Positions 21,309-31,546 are shown, counted from the stretch's first letter. The stretch is DNA of 64,000 bases from Erysipelotrichaceae bacterium (GCA_034932745.1 JAYFOJ010000002.1:219694-283693), one strand, 5' to 3'. The notes: generated by a model not told the origin, from the letters alone. Made by a program: numbers and translations.

Positions 21309-23102
21309 TTACACCATTCTTGTTTGAATATCGAAAATACGTTTATATAATCCGTCTTCTTCAATTAATTCTTCGTGCTTGCCTTCTTGAACGACTTTCC
21401 CTTCGTCGAGGACAATAATCTTGTCTGCATCAAACGCCGTCGCAACGCGATGGGTAATAATGATTGTCGTCAATTTTTTGTTATTGCTTCTTTTTGCTAG
21501 AGCACTTCTAATCTTAATATCTGTTTCAGTATCGACCGCACTAAGAGAATCGTCAAAGATGAGAATTGGTGCACTGCTAATTAGAGAACGAGCGATTGCC
21601 ACTCTTTGTTTTTGGCCACCAGATAGAGTAACTCCGTTTTCTCCAACTGGGGTGTTATATCCCTCTTTAAATGCTCGAATATCTTCGTCGATAGATGCAA
21701 TCTTCGCGGCTTGATATATTTCATCTTCACTCGCATTTTGATAAGCAATCTTGATGTTATTCATTATGGTTTTAGAGAAAAGAAATGGTTCTTGTAAGAC
21801 ACAAGAAACGTTTTGTCTTAAATGCTCTTTTGCCATTTTTTCAATGTTTTCGCCATCGATTTTTATTTCACCAGATGTAACGTCGTAAAGTCTTGTTAAA
21901 AGATGAGAGATCGTCGATTTTCCACTTCCGGTTTTTCCCATAATCGCAATGGTCTGACCAGGTTCGACTTTAAACGTAACTCCATTTAGAACATTATCTA
22001 CACCGTCGTCATATTTAAATTTGACATTAGAGAACTCAACTTCTCCTTTAATTGATGGACGATCACCATTAGAAATATCTTCCATTGGTTCATTTAAAAT
22101 TAAGTTCATTCGATCAATCGAAACCATAGCTCTAGCGGCATCGCTTAAAATTGTCGCCACATCTCTTAATGGCCAAACCATCATCGAGGAGAATGTTGTT
22201 GCAACGATGAAAGTACCTATTGAGATTTCTTGATTAACCGCTAAAAATATTCCAAATAAGAATGTAATTAAAATTTGACTAAAGACAAAGATATCGCTCG
22301 ATGAAAAGAAAAATGCCGACAGTCTTCGCCAATGCTTGTATTTCTTTTTATAATCAGTTAAATACTTTTCAAAATCGTCTATCTCGTAACGTTCGTTGTT
22401 ATAGGCCTTAACGATTCTCACCGCTCCTAAATTCTCTTCGATTTTAGACGTCATTAAACCTTCTGAATCATCTGTCTCACGATATCTTTTTCGTACCTCT
22501 TTAATAATAAAGAAAGAATAAATAAAAAGTATTGGCATCAATACCATTGATGTTAATGCTAGTTTCCAAGAAAGGGATAGTAGGATTAAAAACGATAAAA
22601 TGACAATATCAAAAGTATACGTAATCGTCATCGTTTCGGAGATAATAAACTTCCTTAAAACCGATTCGTCTCGCGTACAAGTTTGAATAATATCTCCGGA
22701 CTTACATTTCTTTAAAAAAGAATATGGTAATCTCTCGACGTGATAGAAAAGTCTAAGTTGAGTGTTTTTGCCAACTCCCGCTGACATATGCGATCTAAGC
22801 ATGACTCGAGCAAAACTTAAGAAACCGCCGATAACGGCAATTGATACGTAAATAACAGCAAACATCCACATATTTGCGACCAAAAAATCAGCACCGCCAT
22901 AAAGATTAACAATCCAAGTACCTACAATGCCTAATTTGCTAGGATTATAGATATCTCCTGATAATGTATCGGATAATATTTTTGCCGTAAAAGCCGAGAT
23001 AATCATCAATATAACAGTAGCGAGTTGCAAGACGAAAAAAGAAAGGTAAAGAACCCGATACCCTTTTAGCATTTGCCACATTGTTTTAAAGTATTTCTTC
23101 AT
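21309..23102 (-). CDS. ABC exporter permease/ATPase half-transporter (heterodimer partner)
   Basis: 6-TM plus NBD: GKTGSGKST, LSGGQKQR, IFDDSLSAVD. Adjacent to, and co-oriented with, the other half-transporter. Confidence 0.88.
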   Translation of the reverse strand: MKKYFKTMWQMLKGYRVLYLSFFVLQLATVILMIISAFTAKILSDTLSGDIYNPSKLGIVGTWIVNLYGGADFLVANMWMFAVIYVSIAVIGGFLSFARVMLRSHMSAGVGKNTQLRLFYHVERLPYSFLKKCKSGDIIQTCTRDESVLRKFIISETMTITYTFDIVILSFLILLSLSWKLALTSMVLMPILFIYSFFIIKEVRKRYRETDDSEGLMTSKIEENLGAVRIVKAYNNERYEIDDFEKYLTDYKKKYKHWRRLSAFFFSSSDIFVFSQILITFLFGIFLAVNQEISIGTFIVATTFSSMMVWPLRDVATILSDAARAMVSIDRMNLILNEPMEDISNGDRPSIKGEVEFSNVKFKYDDGVDNVLNGVTFKVEPGQTIAIMGKTGSGKSTISHLLTRLYDVTSGEIKIDGENIEKMAKEHLRQNVSCVLQEPFLFSKTIMNNIKIAYQNASEDEIYQAAKIASIDEDIRAFKEGYNTPVGENGVTLSGGQKQRVAIARSLISSAPILIFDDSLSAVDTETDIKIRSALAKRSNNKKLTTIIITHRVATAFDADKIIVLDEGKVVQEGKHEELIEEDGLYKRIFDIQTRMV

Positions 23103-23242
23103 AAATTTGAACTAGGGATTTGATCCCGAATGAATATTATAGCAAAGAAAAATTAAAATAGTCCTAACTATTAGAAAATAGTTCTTTGATAGTTCGATAT
23201 ACAGTTTATATGACAAAGTAATATAATATTGCTTAGGTAAAT

Positions 23243-24175
23243 ATGAAAAATTATTTGAAAATTGTAACACTAATGTCTGCGATTCTTCTTGCTGGTTGCG
23301 GTAATACACCAGAAAGTTCTTCTGAAAAAGAATCTAACTCTTCTAGTAGTTCGAGCGAAAACACTAGTTCATCGCAAGAACCAGTATCGTCTGAAGATTC
23401 ATCTAGTAGTTCGCTGTCTATTAATTTTGGAGAAGAGATCTCTTCTTATGAAGGTTATCAGATTCTCACCGCTGTTAAGGCTAAACAATCGCAAAGCGGT
23501 TTTATAAAATTGGACGATTTTTCGATTACTAAAATGTCCTCTTCAAACGATGGTCAAAATAACGAAGTAACAAACGAAACTCATAAATATTCAAAAACCA
23601 ATTTATATGTCTACGATTCAAAAAGTATCACCGATGTCGACGCTGATAATCAAAATTATGAAACAATTTCAAATGAAGAAAAATGGCAATATGTACAAGA
23701 AGCAACCTATTACAAAGCAACCTATGATGTTTTAGAAGAGGTTGGGACATATCAATCAACTTCGCAAAGCGCAACGCAAAAATGGAATACAGATCATTTA
23801 TCGGAGTCGACGCAAAACTATCAAACAATGGTTTATAACTACTCTGGGATGAATATCGATAACATGATATCTCTAGCTCTATCAGACACCTACACGAGTT
23901 CAGGTGTAAAATGGACCGCTATCAGTAGCAAATATTATAAAGATGGTACGACCGGAGATCTTATGGCTACTATTCTTTTAACTTCCACATCTAATGGCAG
24001 TGAAATTCAAACAAAATTCTTAACTTATATTATTAAAGATTATAAATGGGCTTATGTTACTCTTGGTAACAATATAGGCGAAGGTCAAACTATCAATTTA
24101 GATGCATCTCTCGCAGTATCTTTTACATACGGTGAGTTCACTTTAAACTATCCAGATTTAAGTAATTATAATTAG
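23243..24175 (+). CDS. Lipoprotein with Ser-rich linker (family A)
   Basis: MKNYLKIVTLMSAILLAGCGN lipobox; SSSSSSENTSSSQEPVSSEDSSSSS linker. Confidence 0.7.
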   Translation: MKNYLKIVTLMSAILLAGCGNTPESSSEKESNSSSSSSENTSSSQEPVSSEDSSSSSLSINFGEEISSYEGYQILTAVKAKQSQSGFIKLDDFSITKMSSSNDGQNNEVTNETHKYSKTNLYVYDSKSITDVDADNQNYETISNEEKWQYVQEATYYKATYDVLEEVGTYQSTSQSATQKWNTDHLSESTQNYQTMVYNYSGMNIDNMISLALSDTYTSSGVKWTAISSKYYKDGTTGDLMATILLTSTSNGSEIQTKFLTYIIKDYKWAYVTLGNNIGEGQTINLDASLAVSFTYGEFTLNYPDLSNYN

Positions 24176-24269
24176 TTCAAAATCGACGATTTTAGGCCGT
24201 TTTTTGACGAAATCCGCTGTTTTTGCGTGAAAATGATATAATAATATCAGCGACATAGGGAGGATTTTC

Positions 24270-25100
24270 ATGAAAAAAATTCTAAAAAAGGCATCTGCCT
24301 TGTTGATTGTCGGTTTAGTCGCCTGTACAGGCCGCACAATCACTCGTGAACAAGCCATAAGTGTACTCCAAGACATAAAGGCAAAGCAAGCTGAAGAAGG
24401 CTTTGTCTACGCAACAGATTTTAGCGTAACTCAAGTAACACACATGACGGCGTCAAATGGTTATTATGCCGATTATTCAACTCACTTGATGTATAACGCA
24501 GCAGAACAAAAAGTAAAATATGAAGCGCAAACGGTCGAAGAGGCCGGAAGTAACTCTGGAACTGAATCACAAGTCCAGTGGTTCTATATCGATAGCGGTA
24601 CTATGTATCAAGTCACCGATTCAGATACTTCTTCAGGACACAACAAGGTCTATAATCGAACAACAGAGGGTGTAGATGAAGCATGGGCTGAATTAGTCAC
24701 CTCAATTCAAACGATGTTTAATCAATCGCTTGCTCAAACTTGCAATCCTGATTTCTTTATTGGAGCTTTGCAAGGATCGATTACCCAAGATACAACAACA
24801 ACTGAAGTAACGATTAAATCTGAACTTTACACATCTACTGGAGATGGTAATATTGTCGGATCATTTGTTGGAAGTGGAAGCGAAGGAACAACAGAATACA
24901 ATTCTCTTAATGCAAACTTCACCTTTGATAATAATCGTATCGTCCATTCTTACGTTGTAATTACGGTCGATTCAACCGCCTCCACCGCTGAGATTAGTGG
25001 AATGGCAATAACTTGTGATTATCTCTATAGTAATATTGTAATTACATTGCCAAATTTAGCAGATTTCACTGATACAACCACTCCAGCGAATCCACAATAG
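24270..25100 (+). CDS. Lipoprotein, paralog of the 23243 gene (family A)
   Basis: Lipobox LIVGLVACTG. Shared segment AKQ..GF....DFS.T with the upstream lipoprotein. Confidence 0.7.
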   Translation: MKKILKKASALLIVGLVACTGRTITREQAISVLQDIKAKQAEEGFVYATDFSVTQVTHMTASNGYYADYSTHLMYNAAEQKVKYEAQTVEEAGSNSGTESQVQWFYIDSGTMYQVTDSDTSSGHNKVYNRTTEGVDEAWAELVTSIQTMFNQSLAQTCNPDFFIGALQGSITQDTTTTEVTIKSELYTSTGDGNIVGSFVGSGSEGTTEYNSLNANFTFDNNRIVHSYVVITVDSTASTAEISGMAITCDYLYSNIVITLPNLADFTDTTTPANPQ

Positions 25101-25123
25101 TTAAATTTGCTCAAAGTATCTTC

Positions 25124-25158
25124 AAAGCAGTGTCCAAGCGACACTGCTTTTCTTTATT
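25124..25158 (+). terminator. Rho-independent terminator
   Basis: AAAGCAGTGTCcaagcGACACTGCTTTTCTTT. Confidence 0.75.
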
Positions 25159-25234
25159 TACACTTTAGTTGTAAATAGAAAATGATTATTATAAAATTAA
25201 CACGCTGTTAAGGAGCAATATAAAGGAGATAAAT

Positions 25235-26179
25235 ATGCCATTAGTTAATTCAAAAGAACTATTCAAAAAAGCCTATGATGGCGGTTACGCCATCGGTGCT
25301 TTTAATGTCAACGATATGGAAATCGTTCAAGCCATTACCGAGGCCGCCAATGAACTTCGTTCACCAGTTATTCTTCAGGTCTCTGCCGGCGCAAGAAAAT
25401 ACGCTAAACACGTCTATTTAATGCACTTAGTAAAGGCAGCAATTGAAGACACCAATATCCCGATCGTTCTTCACCTTGATCACGGTGATAGTTTCGAATT
25501 ATGCAAAGAGTGCATCGACGGAGGATTTTCCTCAGTTATGATCGATGGTTCAAAACTTCCATTTGATGAGAATATCGCTTTAACAAAAAAAGTCGTCGAA
25601 TATGCACACGCTCATAAACCATATGTCACTGTCGAAGGCGAAATTGGCAAATTAGCAGGCATTGAAGACGCTGTTAGCGTTAAAGATGAAGATGCACAAT
25701 TCACAAATCCAAACGAAGTCGAAGAATTCGTCAAAAGAACAGGTGTCGATTCATTAGCGATTGCAATTGGAACCTCACATGGTGCATATAAGTTTAAGCC
25801 AGGCCAAAAACCAAGATTAAGATTCGATATTCTAGAAGAGATTTCTAAACGCATTCCAAACTTCCCAATCGTTTTGCATGGCGCTTCATCCGTTCCACAA
25901 GAATACGTTAAGATGGTTAACCAATATGGTGGAAAAATGCCAGACGCAATCGGCATTCCAGAAGACATGTTAGCAGAAGCTAGCAAAATGGCGGTTTGCA
26001 AAATCAATATCGATTCAGATTTAAGATTAGCGATGACTGGCTCGATTAGAAAACATTTAGTCGAACACCCAGATCATTTCGATCCAAGACAATATCTCGG
26101 AGATGGTAGAACCGCCGTCAAAGAATTAGTAAAACACAAGATTAAAGATGTCTTGGGTTCAATGGGAAAAGCTGATTAA
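25235..26179 (+). CDS. fba: Class II fructose-bisphosphate aldolase
   Basis: 314 aa; AIGAFNVNDMEIVQAI...PVILQVS...HLDHG; typical FbaA/tagatose-bisphosphate aldolase family. Confidence 0.85.
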   Translation: MPLVNSKELFKKAYDGGYAIGAFNVNDMEIVQAITEAANELRSPVILQVSAGARKYAKHVYLMHLVKAAIEDTNIPIVLHLDHGDSFELCKECIDGGFSSVMIDGSKLPFDENIALTKKVVEYAHAHKPYVTVEGEIGKLAGIEDAVSVKDEDAQFTNPNEVEEFVKRTGVDSLAIAIGTSHGAYKFKPGQKPRLRFDILEEISKRIPNFPIVLHGASSVPQEYVKMVNQYGGKMPDAIGIPEDMLAEASKMAVCKINIDSDLRLAMTGSIRKHLVEHPDHFDPRQYLGDGRTAVKELVKHKIKDVLGSMGKAD

Positions 26180-26187
26180 TATCAAAC

Positions 26188-26226
26188 AAAAAACGCATCC
26201 TTTCAAGAGATGCGTTTTCTTTTTGT
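26188..26226. terminator. Bidirectional rho-independent terminator
   Basis: AAAAAACGCATCctttcaagaGATGCGTTTTCTTTTTG between convergent fba and the AcnX small subunit. Confidence 0.8.
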
Positions 26227-26233
26227 TATAACA

Positions 26234-26665
26234 TTATTCAACGATAACTGTACCGTCTTCTTTAACGGTTATTTCCATACCCTCTTTTACATATTCCAAG
26301 AATTCGTCTCCTAGATTATCGATTGTCGGAATTGGACTATCGCTCCACACCGAGGCTAATATTGCCCCAGAAGCGGCTAAAGAATCAATTGGTTTAGATA
26401 ATAATAAGCAGGCAGGATTACAATGAATTACCGAGCTATTATATAAAACCATGCCTCCAGTTGTAGAACCGATGGTTTGAGGAATACATAAAGCCATTCC
26501 CACCATCGATTTATTGTAAAGATCTAAATTGTTTTGATCTGCGCAAACTGCTATTCCTTCTTTGCAATTACGATAACTGGCTAGAGTGTTAAATCCACTA
26601 TGAGAAACAAGAGCTTTTGCTTTGCAATTACCGGCAACAACAGGTCTTCCTTTAAACTCTCTCAT
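26234..26665 (-). CDS. Aconitase X swivel-domain small subunit (DUF126)
   Basis: 143 aa; GSTTGGMVLY...IDSLAASGAILA pattern typical of the AcnX small subunit. Translationally coupled to the upstream large subunit (2-nt gap). Confidence 0.7.
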   Translation of the reverse strand: MREFKGRPVVAGNCKAKALVSHSGFNTLASYRNCKEGIAVCADQNNLDLYNKSMVGMALCIPQTIGSTTGGMVLYNSSVIHCNPACLLLSKPIDSLAASGAILASVWSDSPIPTIDNLGDEFLEYVKEGMEITVKEDGTVIVE

Positions 26666-26666
26666 T

Positions 26667-27935
26667 TTACTTACCTCCTACGATGTGAGATAAAATTTCA
26701 TCGTCAGAATAATACCTAGCGGTCGTATATGTTCTTAATTTGTTGCTATTTGTGATTACAGGCATCGGTGCGCACATCGGATTGTTCATATACATAAGCG
26801 GGCAGATATATGAAACAACCACTCCCATCTTCTTTAGTTTTTTTGCATTTTCAGTTTCATTAAACTTCTTGATTACCGCTGGAGCACTAGTGAATACTGT
26901 TTTAACTTTAATCTTCTTTCGATTTTGTTTTAAAAGTTCAGATTCGAGTTTTTCAGTCCAGTCATTTAATTGTTTAAGTGTCATGTGCGGACAGCCCATA
27001 AAACAAAGCTTTGGTTTTGCATTTTTATCTTTCCAAACAACTGGGTAACTATTCTTGATTCGTAATAATTCAGCATCATCTATCACGTAGACTTTTGCAT
27101 CGTCTTTAACTAACTTCTCCCCTAATTCTTTGGCTTCTGGAGTTAAGTTATCGACATGATATAAGCCCACTGATCCATTAGATGCTGTTGCGGCACCAAA
27201 ATCCTTCAAATATGTACAAGCTTCCGCATCCAACTCACTACCTAACCATTTATCTAAACCTTTTATATAAGGTATTTCTTCTAGTACCTTCATGCCAATT
27301 GCCGATCCAAGTAATTGAGCTTCTGGTTTCTTGGTCGTTTTTACTTCGATAATCCAAGAAGCTTTTCTACCTTCGTCGGTTAATAAACCAAAATACGGAA
27401 CAAAACCAATAATAGAACCAAACATTTCGATGATTCCTGAGTTTCGATTACATCTAGCTCCTAAAACAGAGTTAGCATAATTAACAGCGCTAGATTCCGC
27501 CCAAGAAAGAATGTCACCTTTCTTTGGTTTATTCCCAACTTCATCAAAATAGCAAGCGCACGTAAAAGCATCATTACCCATTAATCCGATTTTTGTTAAT
27601 TGGGCCTCATATCTTTTTTGTGGACTATACATTACTTTGAAAACGATGTTTTGAAGTAAGCTAGCAGGAACCTTTTTATCAATTGGACGAGGGTCTGCGG
27701 AAAATGTTTGTTTTGATACAACATTATTCTCGATTAATTCGTCCATTAATTTGAAAACACCTTTGACGATATAGATCCCAAAACTTGTAACTATGTGTCC
27801 GTGTTCACTTGTAACAGGAACCATTTTCGTCGCCCCAAAAGTTTCTCCATACATGACCAAAGTTTTCATTATTTTGGCCATTTCAGGACCCTTAGAACCA
27901 TTCAATATTTCCTGTTGTTCCTTTGTTAATTCCAT
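26667..27935 (-). CDS. Aconitase X catalytic large subunit (DUF521)
   Basis: 422 aa beginning MELTKEQQEILNGSKGPEMAKIMKTLVMYGETFGATKMVPVTSEHGHIV, the characteristic AcnX N-terminus. Confidence 0.72.
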   Translation of the reverse strand: MELTKEQQEILNGSKGPEMAKIMKTLVMYGETFGATKMVPVTSEHGHIVTSFGIYIVKGVFKLMDELIENNVVSKQTFSADPRPIDKKVPASLLQNIVFKVMYSPQKRYEAQLTKIGLMGNDAFTCACYFDEVGNKPKKGDILSWAESSAVNYANSVLGARCNRNSGIIEMFGSIIGFVPYFGLLTDEGRKASWIIEVKTTKKPEAQLLGSAIGMKVLEEIPYIKGLDKWLGSELDAEACTYLKDFGAATASNGSVGLYHVDNLTPEAKELGEKLVKDDAKVYVIDDAELLRIKNSYPVVWKDKNAKPKLCFMGCPHMTLKQLNDWTEKLESELLKQNRKKIKVKTVFTSAPAVIKKFNETENAKKLKKMGVVVSYICPLMYMNNPMCAPMPVITNSNKLRTYTTARYYSDDEILSHIVGGK

Positions 27936-27943
27936 AAACCCTC

Positions 27944-30223
27944 CTAAATCTTAGTTGCAAGATTAAACGCCGCTCGAGTTGCCTCTAAAACGCGTCCACC
28001 AGCAAAACTATCACCGATGTTATATATTTCTTTTGCAGCGTGTTCTTTTAAGCAATTTTCAAATAAAGATGTGTCTGGACGACCGCCAATTGCAAGGACG
28101 ACCAAATCTGCATCTAATTCTTTACGAATATAGTTGTCTTTGACTTTCGGCGCTAATGGATTAACGATATTCTTTGGAAGAATCGGAGACCAGGTGTCGT
28201 ATGGATCTGGAACGTTCTTATCAATATTTTGCATAATGATAACTTTGTTTGCATCAAATCCGATAACCTTGGTGAAGTTATAAAGCTCGACGCCATTCTT
28301 ATCCATATAGTGGATTAAATGCCCTCTATTCGCAGTGCAAGCACCATCCATAATGTGTGGAAGCATTTCGACTACACTGACTTTTTTGTTCTTTTCATAT
28401 GATAACCAATACGCTGTTTCACATCCAACCGTTCCACCACCGATGATGACGATAGTGTTTACTTTATCTAATTCGAATTTATCTGGATTAACTAGTAATT
28501 CGACAGCGTCTGCCACTTTTACCTTTTCTTGTCCTGGTAAATTTAACTTAGCGGCCTTCGTTCCAATCGCAGTGACGATTGCGTCATAATTGCCGGCTTT
28601 TAACTTTTCTACTGTCGCCTCTTCTTTTAGAAGGTTAATTTTTCCATCTCTAACAAAAGTCTCCAGTCTAGCCTTTAAATAGATAAGATAGTTCCCAAAA
28701 TCGTATTTGTTTCTTGGCACAGAACCAGAAATAATCTTCCCGCCGATTTCACCTTTTTCATATAAATCGATTGTGTGTCCTCTTCTCGAGGCATCAATTG
28801 CGAAGTTAATACCGGCCGGGCCAGCTCCAACCACTGCAATTCTTTTTTTAATCTCTGCCGGCAAAAGAATTCCAGGCTTAACATCTTCAAATCCAGTACG
28901 AGGATTAACCGCGCATTGTGGATGACCACCATCGACGAACTCATTAATGCATCCTTCTTGGCAACCTATACACGGACGAATATCTTCGACTAGTCCTGCG
29001 TATGCTTTATTTGGCCATTCAGCGTCCGCTAATAATGGTCTACCGAGCATAATCATGTCGCATTTATTGTCTCTTAATGCTTGTTCAGCGAAATCTGGAT
29101 AACCGAGTTTTCCAACGCCGACGATAGGAATTTCTTTACCGGCATTGGATAAAATTCCTTTTTCCTTAAAATAGTCTTTCGCGACTTTAGCGATGTCTAG
29201 AAAACATCCTGCAGGCATTCCTGCTGGTGGATGTGGCAACCACCAGTTGTCGTAGCATCCTAAATCGACATCGAACATATCGACTCCAGCCTTAACTAGG
29301 TTGACCATATAATCCAATGTATCTTGAATCATTCTTCCGTTGGTAAATTTCTTAAGTGACTTAATGGTTCTAATCTTTTCTCCATAAGTTTCATTTAACG
29401 CTAATGAAAGATCGATACGATACATAATTGGATACTTCGCATCTGTTCTTTTACGGATTTCTTTTATCATATCGATGCCAAATCTTTGATAATTAGCAAA
29501 ACGACCAAGTTTTCTTCTATTAAATGCAGGATTTGTTATTTGCTCGATGAGATAACCTTCGTGTCCATGGAGATAAACACCATCGATTCCACAAGCCTTT
29601 GCATCTGCTGATGCTTGACCAAAATTCTTAATAATCTTTTTCATCTTGTGGTCCGTCAACGGCATACATGGAATTTGCGGAATATAAAAATTTGGATTCC
29701 ACGAGGCTGATACTGGGAATTTTAACTCATTAACTAAGCATTGAGGATTTCCTACTCTTCCCAATCCAGCGGTTAATTGAATAAATATTTTAGCGCCGTA
29801 GGTATGAACTCCTTGAGCCAAATCTCTCCATCCAGATTGAACGGTTCTAGAACGATCAATGCGGGGAAAATATGTAAGCTTGCCTGGTTCTGTAATCGAA
29901 TTATCAATTCCATGAGAAATTGGGATTAGTCCCGTGGTAATTAAACCCACTCCACCTTTTGCTCTTTCAAAGAAGTATTGGAGCATTTTGTTATTTGGGC
30001 GACCTGTTTCTTCACACATATCGATGTTGCCCATTGGTGCCATAACAAGGCGGTTTTTAACCGTCATATTATTGATAGTAATAGGAGAAAACATCTTATC
30101 ATACGGATATAAGTTCTTCGTCATTCTCCCCATCGCTTTTTGGGATTTGTCATTATCGCTGACCCAATTACCGTAACTATCAACCAAGTCCTGAACAAGT
30201 TTGTCAGTTTTTAGTTTTTTCAT
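27944..30223 (-). CDS. NADH:flavin oxidoreductase of the enoate-reductase/2,4-dienoyl-CoA-reductase type (OYE TIM barrel, 4Fe-4S, FAD/NAD(P) domains)
   Basis: VKNRLVMAPMGN (OYE), CIGCQEGC (Fe-S), IAVVGAGPAGI and IVIIGGGTVGCE (dinucleotide-binding). Start moved to MKKLKTD (ATG 30221-30223), which is preceded by a GGAGG RBS. The 27 upstream codons in the ORF track look spurious. Confidence 0.75.
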   Translation of the reverse strand: MKKLKTDKLVQDLVDSYGNWVSDNDKSQKAMGRMTKNLYPYDKMFSPITINNMTVKNRLVMAPMGNIDMCEETGRPNNKMLQYFFERAKGGVGLITTGLIPISHGIDNSITEPGKLTYFPRIDRSRTVQSGWRDLAQGVHTYGAKIFIQLTAGLGRVGNPQCLVNELKFPVSASWNPNFYIPQIPCMPLTDHKMKKIIKNFGQASADAKACGIDGVYLHGHEGYLIEQITNPAFNRRKLGRFANYQRFGIDMIKEIRKRTDAKYPIMYRIDLSLALNETYGEKIRTIKSLKKFTNGRMIQDTLDYMVNLVKAGVDMFDVDLGCYDNWWLPHPPAGMPAGCFLDIAKVAKDYFKEKGILSNAGKEIPIVGVGKLGYPDFAEQALRDNKCDMIMLGRPLLADAEWPNKAYAGLVEDIRPCIGCQEGCINEFVDGGHPQCAVNPRTGFEDVKPGILLPAEIKKRIAVVGAGPAGINFAIDASRRGHTIDLYEKGEIGGKIISGSVPRNKYDFGNYLIYLKARLETFVRDGKINLLKEEATVEKLKAGNYDAIVTAIGTKAAKLNLPGQEKVKVADAVELLVNPDKFELDKVNTIVIIGGGTVGCETAYWLSYEKNKKVSVVEMLPHIMDGACTANRGHLIHYMDKNGVELYNFTKVIGFDANKVIIMQNIDKNVPDPYDTWSPILPKNIVNPLAPKVKDNYIRKELDADLVVLAIGGRPDTSLFENCLKEHAAKEIYNIGDSFAGGRVLEATRAAFNLATKI

Positions 30224-30416
30224 AAAACCTCCATTTATAGTATCGTTCTTACAATTATATTGTATTACTTTGAAATCACTCGTTCCATAACAAATGTACT
30301 TCATTGATTTAAAGAGATTTATTAATCATTTTGTAAACTTATTTTTACATTTTTAATACAATATAGTTGGTAGATTGACGTACAAAACAAAAATAGAATT
30401 AGGCGAGGATAAAAAT

Positions 30417-31274
30417 ATGGGATTTGATAAAAACTTAGCTGTGGCTAGAAAAACAAAGAATTACACACAAGAAGATTTAGCAGAAAAACTAAATGTGACA
30501 AGACAAACCATCTATGCTTGGGAAGCTGGTATATCGACGCCTACTGTTTCGATGCTAAAACAAATAAGTTCGATATTAGAAATGAAGCTAGATGATCTTG
30601 TTTCCGGATTTTCAATCGATGAATTTCCAATTAAAATGCCACGATATAAATTGACTTATCTTGGCGAATCAAAAGACACTATTGTTTCTAATGAACTACC
30701 AAACTGGTTCATCGACGTCACCAAAGAGAATGACGAAGTGAAATGGGCGATGTACGAGAGCGATGGACGAAAAGATTTCTCGTATAGTCTTAGAAACATC
30801 GGACAAACTATTATTCATCAAGAAAAAGGGGTAAGAGTCGAGGTATGCGAATATAGTCCGCAAGGTTTAAAAATGCAAAATCAGAAATCATATCTAATCG
30901 GGCAAGTGCTAAATAAGAAGGTAAGATTTTTGGCCAAAATAGATCTCGAAGAAGATATCCAAACAATAAAAACTTACAAAGATCCTGATTTTATCAGAAA
31001 TTGGGGAATCGGTAAGAACAATATTGGACAGTCTATCGAACTAACAAATCTAAAAAAGTACGAATTAGAGTGTCTTGGCAAAAAACATCTAGTTTACGAA
31101 AGTATTAATAAGGAAAAAGATTTAATTACTTATTCTTATGTTGATAAAAATGGTCAAACTCTACTTTGGAGACGATTCGATCGTAAAATCACCGGAAAAG
31201 AGTCGGTTACAATTGAAAATATCCGTTATGGATTTTACTACGAATGTATCACTGATAGAATACTCGTAAAATAA
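30417..31274 (+). CDS. XRE-family HTH transcriptional regulator with ~220-aa C-terminal domain of unknown function
   Basis: LAVARKTKNYTQEDLAEKLNVTRQTIYAWEAG is a canonical XRE HTH. Start placed at MGFDKN (30417), after a GAGG RBS. Divergent from the AcnX/OYE operon. Confidence 0.75.
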   Translation: MGFDKNLAVARKTKNYTQEDLAEKLNVTRQTIYAWEAGISTPTVSMLKQISSILEMKLDDLVSGFSIDEFPIKMPRYKLTYLGESKDTIVSNELPNWFIDVTKENDEVKWAMYESDGRKDFSYSLRNIGQTIIHQEKGVRVEVCEYSPQGLKMQNQKSYLIGQVLNKKVRFLAKIDLEEDIQTIKTYKDPDFIRNWGIGKNNIGQSIELTNLKKYELECLGKKHLVYESINKEKDLITYSYVDKNGQTLLWRRFDRKITGKESVTIENIRYGFYYECITDRILVK

Positions 31275-31546
31275 GAAAACTATCGAGCCTTTATTAACTT
31301 TTACGATTGTCCGTTTTATTTAAAAAACAAATGTGATATATAAAACTTTTCTTTGGCTTTGTTAAGGGGGTAAAACAAAACTCCTAGACAATGTCTAATA
31401 TATTGTTTTTTATAGAAAAAACTCCTTTGAAATATACCCCATAGATACTAAAATAAAATCGCTAACAAAAATAACTATCATGGACAAAGACCTAGTGTTT
31501 GTTAGACGCACATTGGATGTTTTTTAGTCTATTCGGAGGTATCAAT

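Noticed and set aside
21176-21418. 80-aa ORF spanning the junction of the two ABC transporter genes
   Set aside because: It is antisense to and overlaps both half-transporter genes and has no features of a real gene.
28335-28993. Several 70-90-aa ORFs on both strands inside the OYE reductase gene (and similar antisense ORFs inside rplV, rplB, rplD, uvrB, ABC genes)
   Set aside because: They are low-complexity translations overlapping well-supported conserved genes, with no RBS or homology; treated as spurious.
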